This document shows, in pieces, positions 56,513 to 64,000 of a stretch of DNA of 64,000 nucleotides. Under the pieces are notes generated by a model that did not search any database, had not been told where the DNA came from, and saw only the letters and a list, made by a program, of their open reading frames with translations. Positions within the stretch are counted from its first letter, which is position 1; each line of letters starts with the position of its first letter. This stretch comes from a virus. The stretch covers positions 64,001-128,000 of IMG/VR virus record IMGVR_UViG_3300030102_006261, one strand, 5' to 3'. A program made the position numbers and the translations under genes.

Positions 56513-58003
56513 TCACCTTGACATTACTGCGTCAACTCCTGCTGCTGTTGGTGAAAATCTTGGATTATACCCACCGAGAGATTTTAGAATTTCTAGACCT
56601 TGAGTTCCGGCGAGTAGTTGTGCTCCGCCCACACCAACATCACTTATTGCGTCTCCCACGGATCGACCGCTACCACTTTGTCCGAACCCCCCAAGCGCAC
56701 TTAATCCAAGAGTTGCAGCAATTGCTGACATTATTGACTTCCCTGTTTCTCCTTTGGGAAAGGCTGCTTTAATGCGATCTAAGACTTTTGCTGTTGTGCC
56801 ACTTTGCTCCATAATTGTTTTAGCAACTCCATATGAGAATTCCTCTCTGAATCCTCGTGGTGAGACTAACCTACCCATGCTTTGTCGTGAACGTTTGAAT
56901 TCTGGATCATCTATTGGGGGAACTAACTCCTGTGGAACAGGGCGATCTTGTTGTGGTTGGTTTGGGTTGGTTGGTTGAACTGGTCGGACTGGTTGAACTG
57001 GTTTTCCTTGATCTTTAGGAGCTGTATTGGTGTCTGTATCTGTACGAGTTATTGGTGCGGGAGCTGGACGAAGAAGTATTGTTGTCCCAGTCGCCGCGGC
57101 CGCGGCTGCGGCTGCGGCCGCAGCTTTTTGTCTGGCTGTCATTCTTCCGGGTGCTACATCCACCTCTACTTTTCTCGCTGGTGTTGTTCTTGTCGTTGTT
57201 CCTGTTTCAACCCTGGCTCTTGCGGGTTTTGGATCCATCCGGAGTCCAGGCTGAGATGGTGCCTGCTCGATATCTCTTAGTAATCTTCCCAGAGGATCTC
57301 CACCCTCCTTACCACGAGCTAATGCTTGACGTGATACTGGAACATTACCTTGAGCAATCTCTGAAGCAAATTTACCTTCAATTGCCGCCATTTCTGCTGC
57401 TTCATCTGGAGTGAAAAACTTCTGCTGCCCGGGCAGGTCAACGTTCTTCAGATCCTCGGCATCAAGATCTTTTACTGCTCTCTCCACTTTCGCTTTTCGT
57501 CTGGCTGCTGCTGCCGCCATATCAGCTTCTTTTGCTACGTCACCCATGCCTGGGAGTGCTTTTTGACCTTTCACTATTGCGGGTGCGGCCGCAGCAGCTA
57601 ACTTTACTCCACCAACAGCTTGACCAGCAGCGGGAACCATCGCGCCCACGTTCATAGCAAGATCACCTAGTTTTAGATTGACAAGAGAGTCAATTGCTGC
57701 CGCGAAATCAGCACCTGCACCAATAACTGGTGTCATTCCTGCTCCTGTGAGAGCGAGCTGTCTTGCATCATAGTCAGTCGCTAATTCAACTGCTCTGGAC
57801 GAGAGGAACTTGTTTAGCATCGACTGTTGCATGTCTGGGGTCATTCTGTCAGCGGCAGTGGAACTTGGTTTGAATCCATCAGGACCGTACATCTTGAACG
57901 GATCATTCTTCGCATTCAGAGCAGCCCTGTTATTGACTGCGTTGGGTTCATCAGTTGGGTTGCGTGACTCCATTATTTCACGATACTTTTGAAATCGGTT
58001 CAT
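56513..58003 (-). CDS. Protein with pre-toxin-TG-like segment, poly-Ala and Pro/Gln linker
   Basis: L..AGMTPVIG..AD...A...........A.....A.VP..G. Confidence 0.6.
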   Translation of the reverse strand: MNRFQKYREIMESRNPTDEPNAVNNRAALNAKNDPFKMYGPDGFKPSSTAADRMTPDMQQSMLNKFLSSRAVELATDYDARQLALTGAGMTPVIGAGADFAAAIDSLVNLKLGDLAMNVGAMVPAAGQAVGGVKLAAAAAPAIVKGQKALPGMGDVAKEADMAAAAARRKAKVERAVKDLDAEDLKNVDLPGQQKFFTPDEAAEMAAIEGKFASEIAQGNVPVSRQALARGKEGGDPLGRLLRDIEQAPSQPGLRMDPKPARARVETGTTTRTTPARKVEVDVAPGRMTARQKAAAAAAAAAAATGTTILLRPAPAPITRTDTDTNTAPKDQGKPVQPVRPVQPTNPNQPQQDRPVPQELVPPIDDPEFKRSRQSMGRLVSPRGFREEFSYGVAKTIMEQSGTTAKVLDRIKAAFPKGETGKSIMSAIAATLGLSALGGFGQSGSGRSVGDAISDVGVGGAQLLAGTQGLEILKSLGGYNPRFSPTAAGVDAVMSR

Positions 58004-58791
58004 TTTCTTGTTGCTCTTTCTTTTGATCTTCTAGTCTCAAGTGTGCCTTTAACTTTTTTCTTGATTGTTTTTGATCTCGGTCCCTCTTGTGCTAGCTCTC
58101 CACCGGGAACACCCTTTAGTTTTCTTGTTTTTGCAAGTGCTGCTTCAGGTCCTCTGGGAGTGGTGACGGTTCTCTCCACACCAAGTAAAGCGTTCATTTC
58201 ATCGGGTGATGCGCCGAGGAGGTTCGACAAATAGTCATAAGCGGCTAAACTACCTACTTGAAATCCTAAACCCCTTAGAATTCCACCAAAGCTTTCGGTA
58301 ATTGTGGATTTGATGTGATCATGTCTGGTGCTTTCTAATGGTGTGTAACCTCTAGCTTCCAGATCTTTCTCTTCTTTCTCTTTTTTCTTTTTATCATGAG
58401 CTGCTATTAGCGCCATGATTTCTTCTTCAGACATACCGGGTTTAATTCCTACTTCTTCGGGGGTGCCGAAACCTGATATGACGGCGTTAGTAACATTTCC
58501 AAGAAAATCTCTAACCATCTGAAAGTAGCCCTTGCCCTCTGCTGGACTTGTTTCTGGTGACATGTAGTTATCAAAATATGGAATTTCGACATTTCGACCC
58601 AAAATGCTCTGAGTTTTAAATCCAGCGGGTTTTATATCACCGGCTGATGCCGGTGTGGGGACTTTAACAGAGGGTTCATTTCTTTTCTTTGCGAATCCGG
58701 TGGCTGGATCTAATTTAAAACCACCAGTGGGAAAATTGCCACTTCCACCAATCGACTCCATGATTGTTCTTATGTTTTTCTCTAAGGACAT
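58000..58791 (-). CDS. Hypothetical protein (possible internal head protein)
   Basis: SD GAGG; N-terminal ...IMES; internal ITES. Confidence 0.6.
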   Translation of the reverse strand: MSLEKNIRTIMESIGGSGNFPTGGFKLDPATGFAKKRNEPSVKVPTPASAGDIKPAGFKTQSILGRNVEIPYFDNYMSPETSPAEGKGYFQMVRDFLGNVTNAVISGFGTPEEVGIKPGMSEEEIMALIAAHDKKKKEKEEKDLEARGYTPLESTRHDHIKSTITESFGGILRGLGFQVGSLAAYDYLSNLLGASPDEMNALLGVERTVTTPRGPEAALAKTRKLKGVPGGELAQEGPRSKTIKKKVKGTLETRRSKERATRK

Positions 58792-58826
58792 ATTTACCTC
58801 ACAGTGTTATATAGTATATATAAAAT

Positions 58827-58915
58827 AACCCCCACCAAAGACGGATCACCCTCTGACTAATGGTGGGGGTTTTAGCGCGGTCCCAAGGTAGCGGGCGCAA
58901 AGCCCATCGGCGCTA
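58827..58915 (-). ncRNA. Double-hairpin element with loops complementary to 23S rRNA 1920-1935 and the 16S 3' tail
   Basis: Stems TAGCGC/GCGCTA and AACCCCCACCA/TGGTGGGGGTT; + strand loop sequences CGGTCCCAAGGTAGCG and GGATCACCCTCT. Confidence 0.55.
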
Positions 58916-59755
58916 TTTCTGGTTTATATTTTCCATTGACTTTAGTCTTTTGATATTTTTGGGTGCCATCGGACCACTCGTGTATAATCTGTTGAGTTCA
59001 CGATACATCTTTGAGTCAACGTATTCTGCTTTGGCTTTATCAACATCACCCGCTTCAATGGCAGCAGACATTTTTGGAAAGGGCTTCCCAGATTCTCTTG
59101 TTATTGCTGCCACTGTTTGTTGAACATCCTTTGGTTGCTTCGCGTAACTAGGAACAGCCTTTTCAATCTTGGGTAGATCTTTACTCAAGAAGTGGTGTCG
59201 CATCATGGATTTGTTAGTCTCTGGATCCAATCCCTGTCTGGTTCTAGGATCTAGGCTGAAGGCTTTATATGGATCCACACCGGGTTCCATCGCTGTTATT
59301 ATGTCTTTGAAGTGTCGTGGTACTTCTTTTCCATAATTAAAAGATGCGAGACCACCCTGCTGTGTTGGAACTTTTTCCTTATGTGTGGGATCCTCCTCTG
59401 CATACATTTTTCCATCAGGGCTTACTGTGAACCCTTCGGAATCTTTTTGATCAGGTAGAATATTCTTGTCGTAGTCTCGGGTGTCTCTTGCACGTTTCAT
59501 CAAGGCAAACATCTCTGGGGACATTCTATTTTTTCTTGTCGTGGTGGTTGGGGTTTCCGACTCTTCTTTTTCTTTCTTTGGTCCGGGTAGGTTTATTGAT
59601 TGTCCGATTTGAAGTTTCGTAGCATCTACATTTGGATTTGCTTTGGTGATATCATCTATTGATATGCCAAGATCTTTGGCGATACCATAAAATGTATCAC
59701 CCTTTTTTATTTCTCTTTGCTCTTGTTCTGCTAAAAAACCAATAAATGATAACAT
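58913..59755 (-). CDS. LysM domain plus T4-lysozyme-like (GH24) protein
   Basis: IKKGDTFYGIA...I..ANP......LQIGQ.I.LP; SEG...Y..D.....PT..G; FPKM.AAI..GD...A..E..DS..Y; likely start MLSFIGFLAE. Confidence 0.75.
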   Translation of the reverse strand: MLSFIGFLAEQEQREIKKGDTFYGIAKDLGISIDDITKANPNVDATKLQIGQSINLPGPKKEKEESETPTTTTRKNRMSPEMFALMKRARDTRDYDKNILPDQKDSEGFTVSPDGKMYAEEDPTHKEKVPTQQGGLASFNYGKEVPRHFKDIITAMEPGVDPYKAFSLDPRTRQGLDPETNKSMMRHHFLSKDLPKIEKAVPSYAKQPKDVQQTVAAITRESGKPFPKMSAAIEAGDVDKAKAEYVDSKMYRELNRLYTSGPMAPKNIKRLKSMENINQK

Positions 59756-59771
59756 GTAGATGATTCCGAAA

Positions 59772-60056
59772 CTAGCCAAGAAGATAAATTTGATTGTCTG
59801 TGTTATGACTCTCGTATGAACGAATTTGAATTGGGAGCACATATGGAAGGTTTCCGTATCCTCCGCTGAGACCTGGAACTCCGAACGTTTGGCCGGCGAA
59901 CGTGCCGAATGTAATCCCAGCACATCCTATGTTCTGGGGACCGCCGGCGGTGTCACCCACGAAGGCAATAAAGACCCCCTTGTTGGGACCGACGCCTTGG
60001 GATCCAGCGCCATTTATTAATGCTTTTGCGCTTCTGTACTGATCATAACCTGCCAT
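59772..60056 (-). CDS. Small Gly-rich hypothetical protein
   Basis: SD AAGGAGAG; late-like TATACATA upstream. Confidence 0.65.
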   Translation of the reverse strand: MAGYDQYRSAKALINGAGSQGVGPNKGVFIAFVGDTAGGPQNIGCAGITFGTFAGQTFGVPGLSGGYGNLPYVLPIQIRSYESHNTDNQIYLLG

Positions 60057-60073
60057 GTGTGCTCTCCTTAATA

Positions 60074-60925
60074 CTATGTATAATCTAGTTCTTCTCGCTT
60101 AGATTTTGGTGTTAGCTTGTGTCTGAGTTTACCAAATACACCTTTATATATGCCTGTGGAGGTGCCCCATTTGTTAAGTGGACATGATGTCTGTGGCATT
60201 TTGATCTTGTTGGTGAGTCTCGCTCTTGGATTAGCGCCACAACCACACTTTGTGCAGAATCCTAGTGGATCTGGGATTTTATCATGAGTTTTTCTGTGTG
60301 GACATTCACCACAAATTTTCTCTCGCTCTTTGAATACGGTAAGAGACACTGGACCTTGAGTTGCAAGAGACTGCTCTGCTCTGAAGTAATTGATGACATT
60401 TGTCAGAGTGAACTTAGTCTTTTCCTCTTCCTTTGTCATTCTTTCAGGGGATCTGTTGATGAGATTCTCTATTTTTCTTTCAGATCTCTCTGCTGGGTGA
60501 GATTCTCTCAGTAACCTATTAATATGTAATTTTTTCTTTTCATTGCCTTCATCCACATCATCCCGAACCGCTCTGGGATTGATGGGAATATCATGTAATG
60601 TACCGTCCTCCACCTTTTTGGTATACATGTCTCGGTACTCTTTCTCCGAGTACTCCATCGCGGCCTCTTTTGGTATTGGTTGAAATCCCTCATCATATAG
60701 TTTTTTCAGATACTCTGCTTGTTTATCTGATTGCATACCATCCCAGTTTGTCTTGTACTCTCGCTCAGTATCAGCATACATGTCGTAAAGGCTGTATGTT
60801 TCATTTGGACTGAAACTTCTGTTCATCCTAGAACCATAGGACTCTTTCGTGGCTGGCTTATTACAGGTTTGACACTCAGTGTCATCTACATTTTTGTTTA
60901 GTTCTTCGTCCACTTGAATCTCCAT
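60074..60925 (-). CDS. Protein with C-terminal Cys-rich metal-binding domain (DUF6171-like)
   Basis: R..IC..CP...C..CGC....K......CPL.KW. Confidence 0.65.
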   Translation of the reverse strand: MEIQVDEELNKNVDDTECQTCNKPATKESYGSRMNRSFSPNETYSLYDMYADTEREYKTNWDGMQSDKQAEYLKKLYDEGFQPIPKEAAMEYSEKEYRDMYTKKVEDGTLHDIPINPRAVRDDVDEGNEKKKLHINRLLRESHPAERSERKIENLINRSPERMTKEEEKTKFTLTNVINYFRAEQSLATQGPVSLTVFKEREKICGECPHRKTHDKIPDPLGFCTKCGCGANPRARLTNKIKMPQTSCPLNKWGTSTGIYKGVFGKLRHKLTPKSKREELDYT

Positions 60926-60967
60926 TAAATAATTTTTAATTATACAGAAAACCTAAACTACCGCAAG

Positions 60968-60975
60968 TATTTATA
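60968..60975 (-). promoter_or_regulatory. T4-type late promoter
   Basis: TATAAATA directly after the stop codon of the upstream gene. Confidence 0.7.
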
Positions 60976-63900
60976 TCAAACCCCATAACCACCCCCAGCT
61001 TGTTCTCCCCCAGCTTGGGTTCCGTCAGATGAATCCTGACATATACCACTTTCACAATATGTGTCAGCCCCTTGGAATATTCCCCCACTGGCAACACATT
61101 CTTGCTCAGTTAGCCCGTCAGCACACTGAAGGGATCCATAGCAACATGCTCCGACTGGATCTGGACAAACATTTTCAAGTTGATCATCTTCGTTTCTCTG
61201 ACATATACAGCAAGGCTCATCCTCGTGCCAAGTCCAACCGGGGCGTTGCGTGCATTGAGCTTCTGTTTGTGCTTCAATGCATTCTTCATCACAACCGACT
61301 GGATCCCCACCACCACCTGCGGTCTGTGGTGTGGTCAGATTACCAACACCACCAGCGTCATCACCACATGCTGCTGGTGGACAACATGCACCGGTCTTCT
61401 GATCACAACCACACACATCAAGGCTCCGCGCTAGATCCACGCAAACTTCGTCCCAACCAATACCAAAGGCTTCACAGCATGTTGGATCAATGTCACATAC
61501 GGCACTACAGCACACTTCATCACTACAGAATGGGGTTTCATGTGCCGTACAACAAAGACCAGTGTCGGGAGATCCACAATATAGATCTTTACAGAATGGT
61601 GATGGTGATCCTGCCATATATGTCTCAAAGGCTTGAGTGCAGTTTTCATCCCAACCACCAAATCTACCGTCATTGCAATAATAGTAGAGTGGATTGGAGG
61701 AGAATGCATCACAGCATCGCTCTGCTATTGATACTGTTTCACCATCATACGTGCTAGTTCCGGGTATTGTAACTTCTTGTTGTTGCTCACATCTATCTGC
61801 GTTAGCCTCGGCTTGAGAACAGAAACAAGTTGGCCTCACAGAGGAATCATAGTCTCCAAACAGCGCACAGTCTGGTTTATCTATTTCAATGACGCAGGTG
61901 CCATATTCCTGAATCTCCCAATGTAATCTCGCATAAAATGCCTCTAAACAGTTTCTGAAACCATGACATGAACATGCATCATTGTACGGACCATTTAACG
62001 AACCGGCACACCTACCGGTGATATTTGCTCCGGGGCAACCAGAGCCGTTACCTTCACCATAGTCAATCCTGTTACTGGGTGCCACTTCGATTGACCATGG
62101 ATCACTACATCCCTTGGTACCTACCCCATCCGGACTGTCGGGGAACGGGCTGTCAACCACTGGATCGTATACCATAGTACCCGAAGTGCCTAATTCTGTG
62201 AAAACTGGCGCAGCATATGATCTAAGTGCAGCTCTACTGCCACCCTGGCTTACTAACTCAGGCTCATCACGAAGAGTGAGATCTATAGGTCTGATGTCAT
62301 AGAGGATCATGTTCGGTTCATATTTGTCTAAAAATCCGGATTCATTTTCACTATCGTCAACACATGGTTCAGAGGTAGAGTCACAACCTCCTACGTCCCA
62401 TATATAATATCCGTAGTCGTTGTAACGCATTGCACTTGGTCGGGCGGCATGGGTCATGGCGACTGTCAAATTAAGCTGATCACAGATTCCTGTATTCTCA
62501 TCGAGATACCGAATAAATTTGGGACTTGTTAGTTCGTATCTACCACCAAGAGGCCAATCAAGGGTGGAAAATCCGGCGCGAGATGAATCTTCATGAATTC
62601 TAAATTTCATGCTACCCATCTTGAGTGTATTCATTGCTGTATTCATACTCGCGTGGTCTTCAAAAACAAACCCAACTCTACCTAGAACGGTTTCATGTCT
62701 AAACTCACCATCAGCTAAATCGGTTCTGTCTTTTTCCTGATTAAATTCCGGAGTGTCTAGAATAGGATTCTTTGAGGCCTCATACCTGTTATTGATTCCA
62801 ATAATATCCTCTGATCTAAATGTAACATCGAACGGGGGTCCGTAATTACTGAAGAAATCACTGTTAGCGTATCTATAGTTTTCAATTGGATCATCTGGAT
62901 CCACATCTTCGTAACTAGAAAAGTTCCATTTTGCAAAATTATCATACCTAAGTCTTGGCATTCCTGCGACAATTCCTCTTGCCGGATTTACTGGTGTTGG
63001 ACACACCTCTCCGGGCTGTACAACACATCCCTCGATCTCTTCTTCATCAGAGCACTGAAGACAAATGACATCCTCTATCGGCAGCTCGGTGCCCTGTGCT
63101 CCTTCGGTATTCCAGTGAATATATGCCGTGTCTAAAACGTATGCGTCCCCTCTTACCTTATGGTTTACATACTTTGGAGTATAATCACCGTTATCTGGAT
63201 CAGCGTACTCAACTTGAGCATTGGCAGGTCTTATGCCAGGTTCAAGGAATCTACCAGAGCAGAACCATCCACCAAATGGTATGATTGCACCAACTCGTCT
63301 ACCCTCGTTTTCTCCATCCTGTAGACTGAAGAACCTATACGCACCCGCTGCCTCTTGGAATCCATACTGGTTCGGTCCTTCCGTGTGTGTTGACTTAGGA
63401 ATTGGTCTGTTCTCATCTCCGACTACAATTTCTGGTGGACTCCATCCGGGATACTGTGGCACACCTCCCACTACTAAATTGTCTGATACGTGAAGATCTA
63501 GATCCTTAAATGTTTTCCAACCGATCGGTGTTCCCGTGATTAAACGTTGCTCATTTTCACCAAACCACTTAGATCCTTGACGAATGTGTGGCTCTGTTGG
63601 ATTGAGAATATTGAAGAATCTAACTTCTTTGAACTTGGGAAGTTCAGTGTTCAGCCAGTGGTTAGTGGGTATGTCTGTGGCGATTCCAGTCTCTTCAAAT
63701 TCCTCGTTTGATCTGTAGGTAGAGCAGTACATTTCAACGTCTTCCGCCGTTTCTGGATTGCCGGGGTTGAATTCGTCTCCAGCATTTGCCGGATCAAGAA
63801 ACGCAGTGGGATATCCCGTGTTGGAATTTCCACCATCAAGTTCATCTAAGAATAGAGTGCTTCCCTCCTCATTAGTCTTTACTCTCTTGAGAGTCTTAAT

Positions 63901-64000
63901 TTCAAGTCTTGTGGTAACCACATCAGCACCTTGGTCATAACAGTCATGTGGCGTTGGTGGTCCATCCAGTGCGAATCCACATCTTCTCCATTGACCACCA
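60976..64000 (-). CDS. Large acidic Cys-rich protein (5'-truncated) ending AGGGYGV
   Basis: Frame open to the window edge; CC..H.TP.C....CC..VC..DP.CC....WD..C and GACC...C....T..EC...GG.FQG..T.C modules. Confidence 0.75.
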   Translation of the reverse strand, partial: GGQWRRCGFALDGPPTPHDCYDQGADVVTTRLEIKTLKRVKTNEEGSTLFLDELDGGNSNTGYPTAFLDPANAGDEFNPGNPETAEDVEMYCSTYRSNEEFEETGIATDIPTNHWLNTELPKFKEVRFFNILNPTEPHIRQGSKWFGENEQRLITGTPIGWKTFKDLDLHVSDNLVVGGVPQYPGWSPPEIVVGDENRPIPKSTHTEGPNQYGFQEAAGAYRFFSLQDGENEGRRVGAIIPFGGWFCSGRFLEPGIRPANAQVEYADPDNGDYTPKYVNHKVRGDAYVLDTAYIHWNTEGAQGTELPIEDVICLQCSDEEEIEGCVVQPGEVCPTPVNPARGIVAGMPRLRYDNFAKWNFSSYEDVDPDDPIENYRYANSDFFSNYGPPFDVTFRSEDIIGINNRYEASKNPILDTPEFNQEKDRTDLADGEFRHETVLGRVGFVFEDHASMNTAMNTLKMGSMKFRIHEDSSRAGFSTLDWPLGGRYELTSPKFIRYLDENTGICDQLNLTVAMTHAARPSAMRYNDYGYYIWDVGGCDSTSEPCVDDSENESGFLDKYEPNMILYDIRPIDLTLRDEPELVSQGGSRAALRSYAAPVFTELGTSGTMVYDPVVDSPFPDSPDGVGTKGCSDPWSIEVAPSNRIDYGEGNGSGCPGANITGRCAGSLNGPYNDACSCHGFRNCLEAFYARLHWEIQEYGTCVIEIDKPDCALFGDYDSSVRPTCFCSQAEANADRCEQQQEVTIPGTSTYDGETVSIAERCCDAFSSNPLYYYCNDGRFGGWDENCTQAFETYMAGSPSPFCKDLYCGSPDTGLCCTAHETPFCSDEVCCSAVCDIDPTCCEAFGIGWDEVCVDLARSLDVCGCDQKTGACCPPAACGDDAGGVGNLTTPQTAGGGGDPVGCDEECIEAQTEAQCTQRPGWTWHEDEPCCICQRNEDDQLENVCPDPVGACCYGSLQCADGLTEQECVASGGIFQGADTYCESGICQDSSDGTQAGGEQAGGGYGV

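Noticed and set aside
44521-58893. rRNA-like snippets as rRNA genes or assembly contamination
   Set aside because: Matches are only 12-16 nt, imperfect, and embedded in phage-specific hairpins; no extended rRNA sequence is present.
58893-58903. GGGCGCAAAGC similar to 16S ~566-576 (GGGCGTAAAGC)
   Set aside because: Only 11 nt and explained by its own small hairpin; too short to claim a third rRNA target.
58887-58910. GGTAGCGGGCGCAAAGCC resembles parts of the c-di-GMP-I riboswitch
   Set aside because: Elements are in the wrong order, there is no GGCAAAC/GNRA P-stem, and it is on the strand opposite local transcription.
61029-61757. 242-aa His-rich + strand ORF and other antisense or nested ORFs (e.g. 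656-1267, 24940-25302, 26416-26964)
   Set aside because: Shadows of biased-composition genes on the opposite strand; no RBS or recognisable motifs.

Overview
This is a 64-kb segment of a large AT-rich T4-like myovirus genome. The + strand (1-45.3 kb) carries the T4-type replication module (gp45, gp44, gp62, regA, gp43, uvsX, gp41, gp61). A ~20-kb, ~22-gene glycan-biosynthesis island and collagen/fibre genes sit between regA and gp43. The + strand also encodes dUTPase, ThyX, a class II (B12) ribonucleotide reductase, an early-promoter porin operon and a RuvC-like resolvase. The - strand (45.3-64 kb) is a mostly late region with holin/lipoprotein genes, probable internal head proteins, a LysM-lysozyme and two host-like Cys-rich or dockerin proteins. 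These two proteins and the porin point, by my recollection of such motifs, to a Phycisphaerae (Planctomycetota) host. The most unusual signal is a set of three structured intergenic elements (44.5, 53.6 and 58.8 kb). Their minus-strand transcript is complementary to the 3' tail of 16S rRNA. At 58.8 kb an adjacent hairpin loop is also complementary to 23S rRNA 1920-1935 (H69/H70). This suggests a candidate phage system of ribosome-binding anti-rRNA RNAs. No tRNAs or CRISPR arrays were seen. All calls come from motif recognition by eye; no searches were run.
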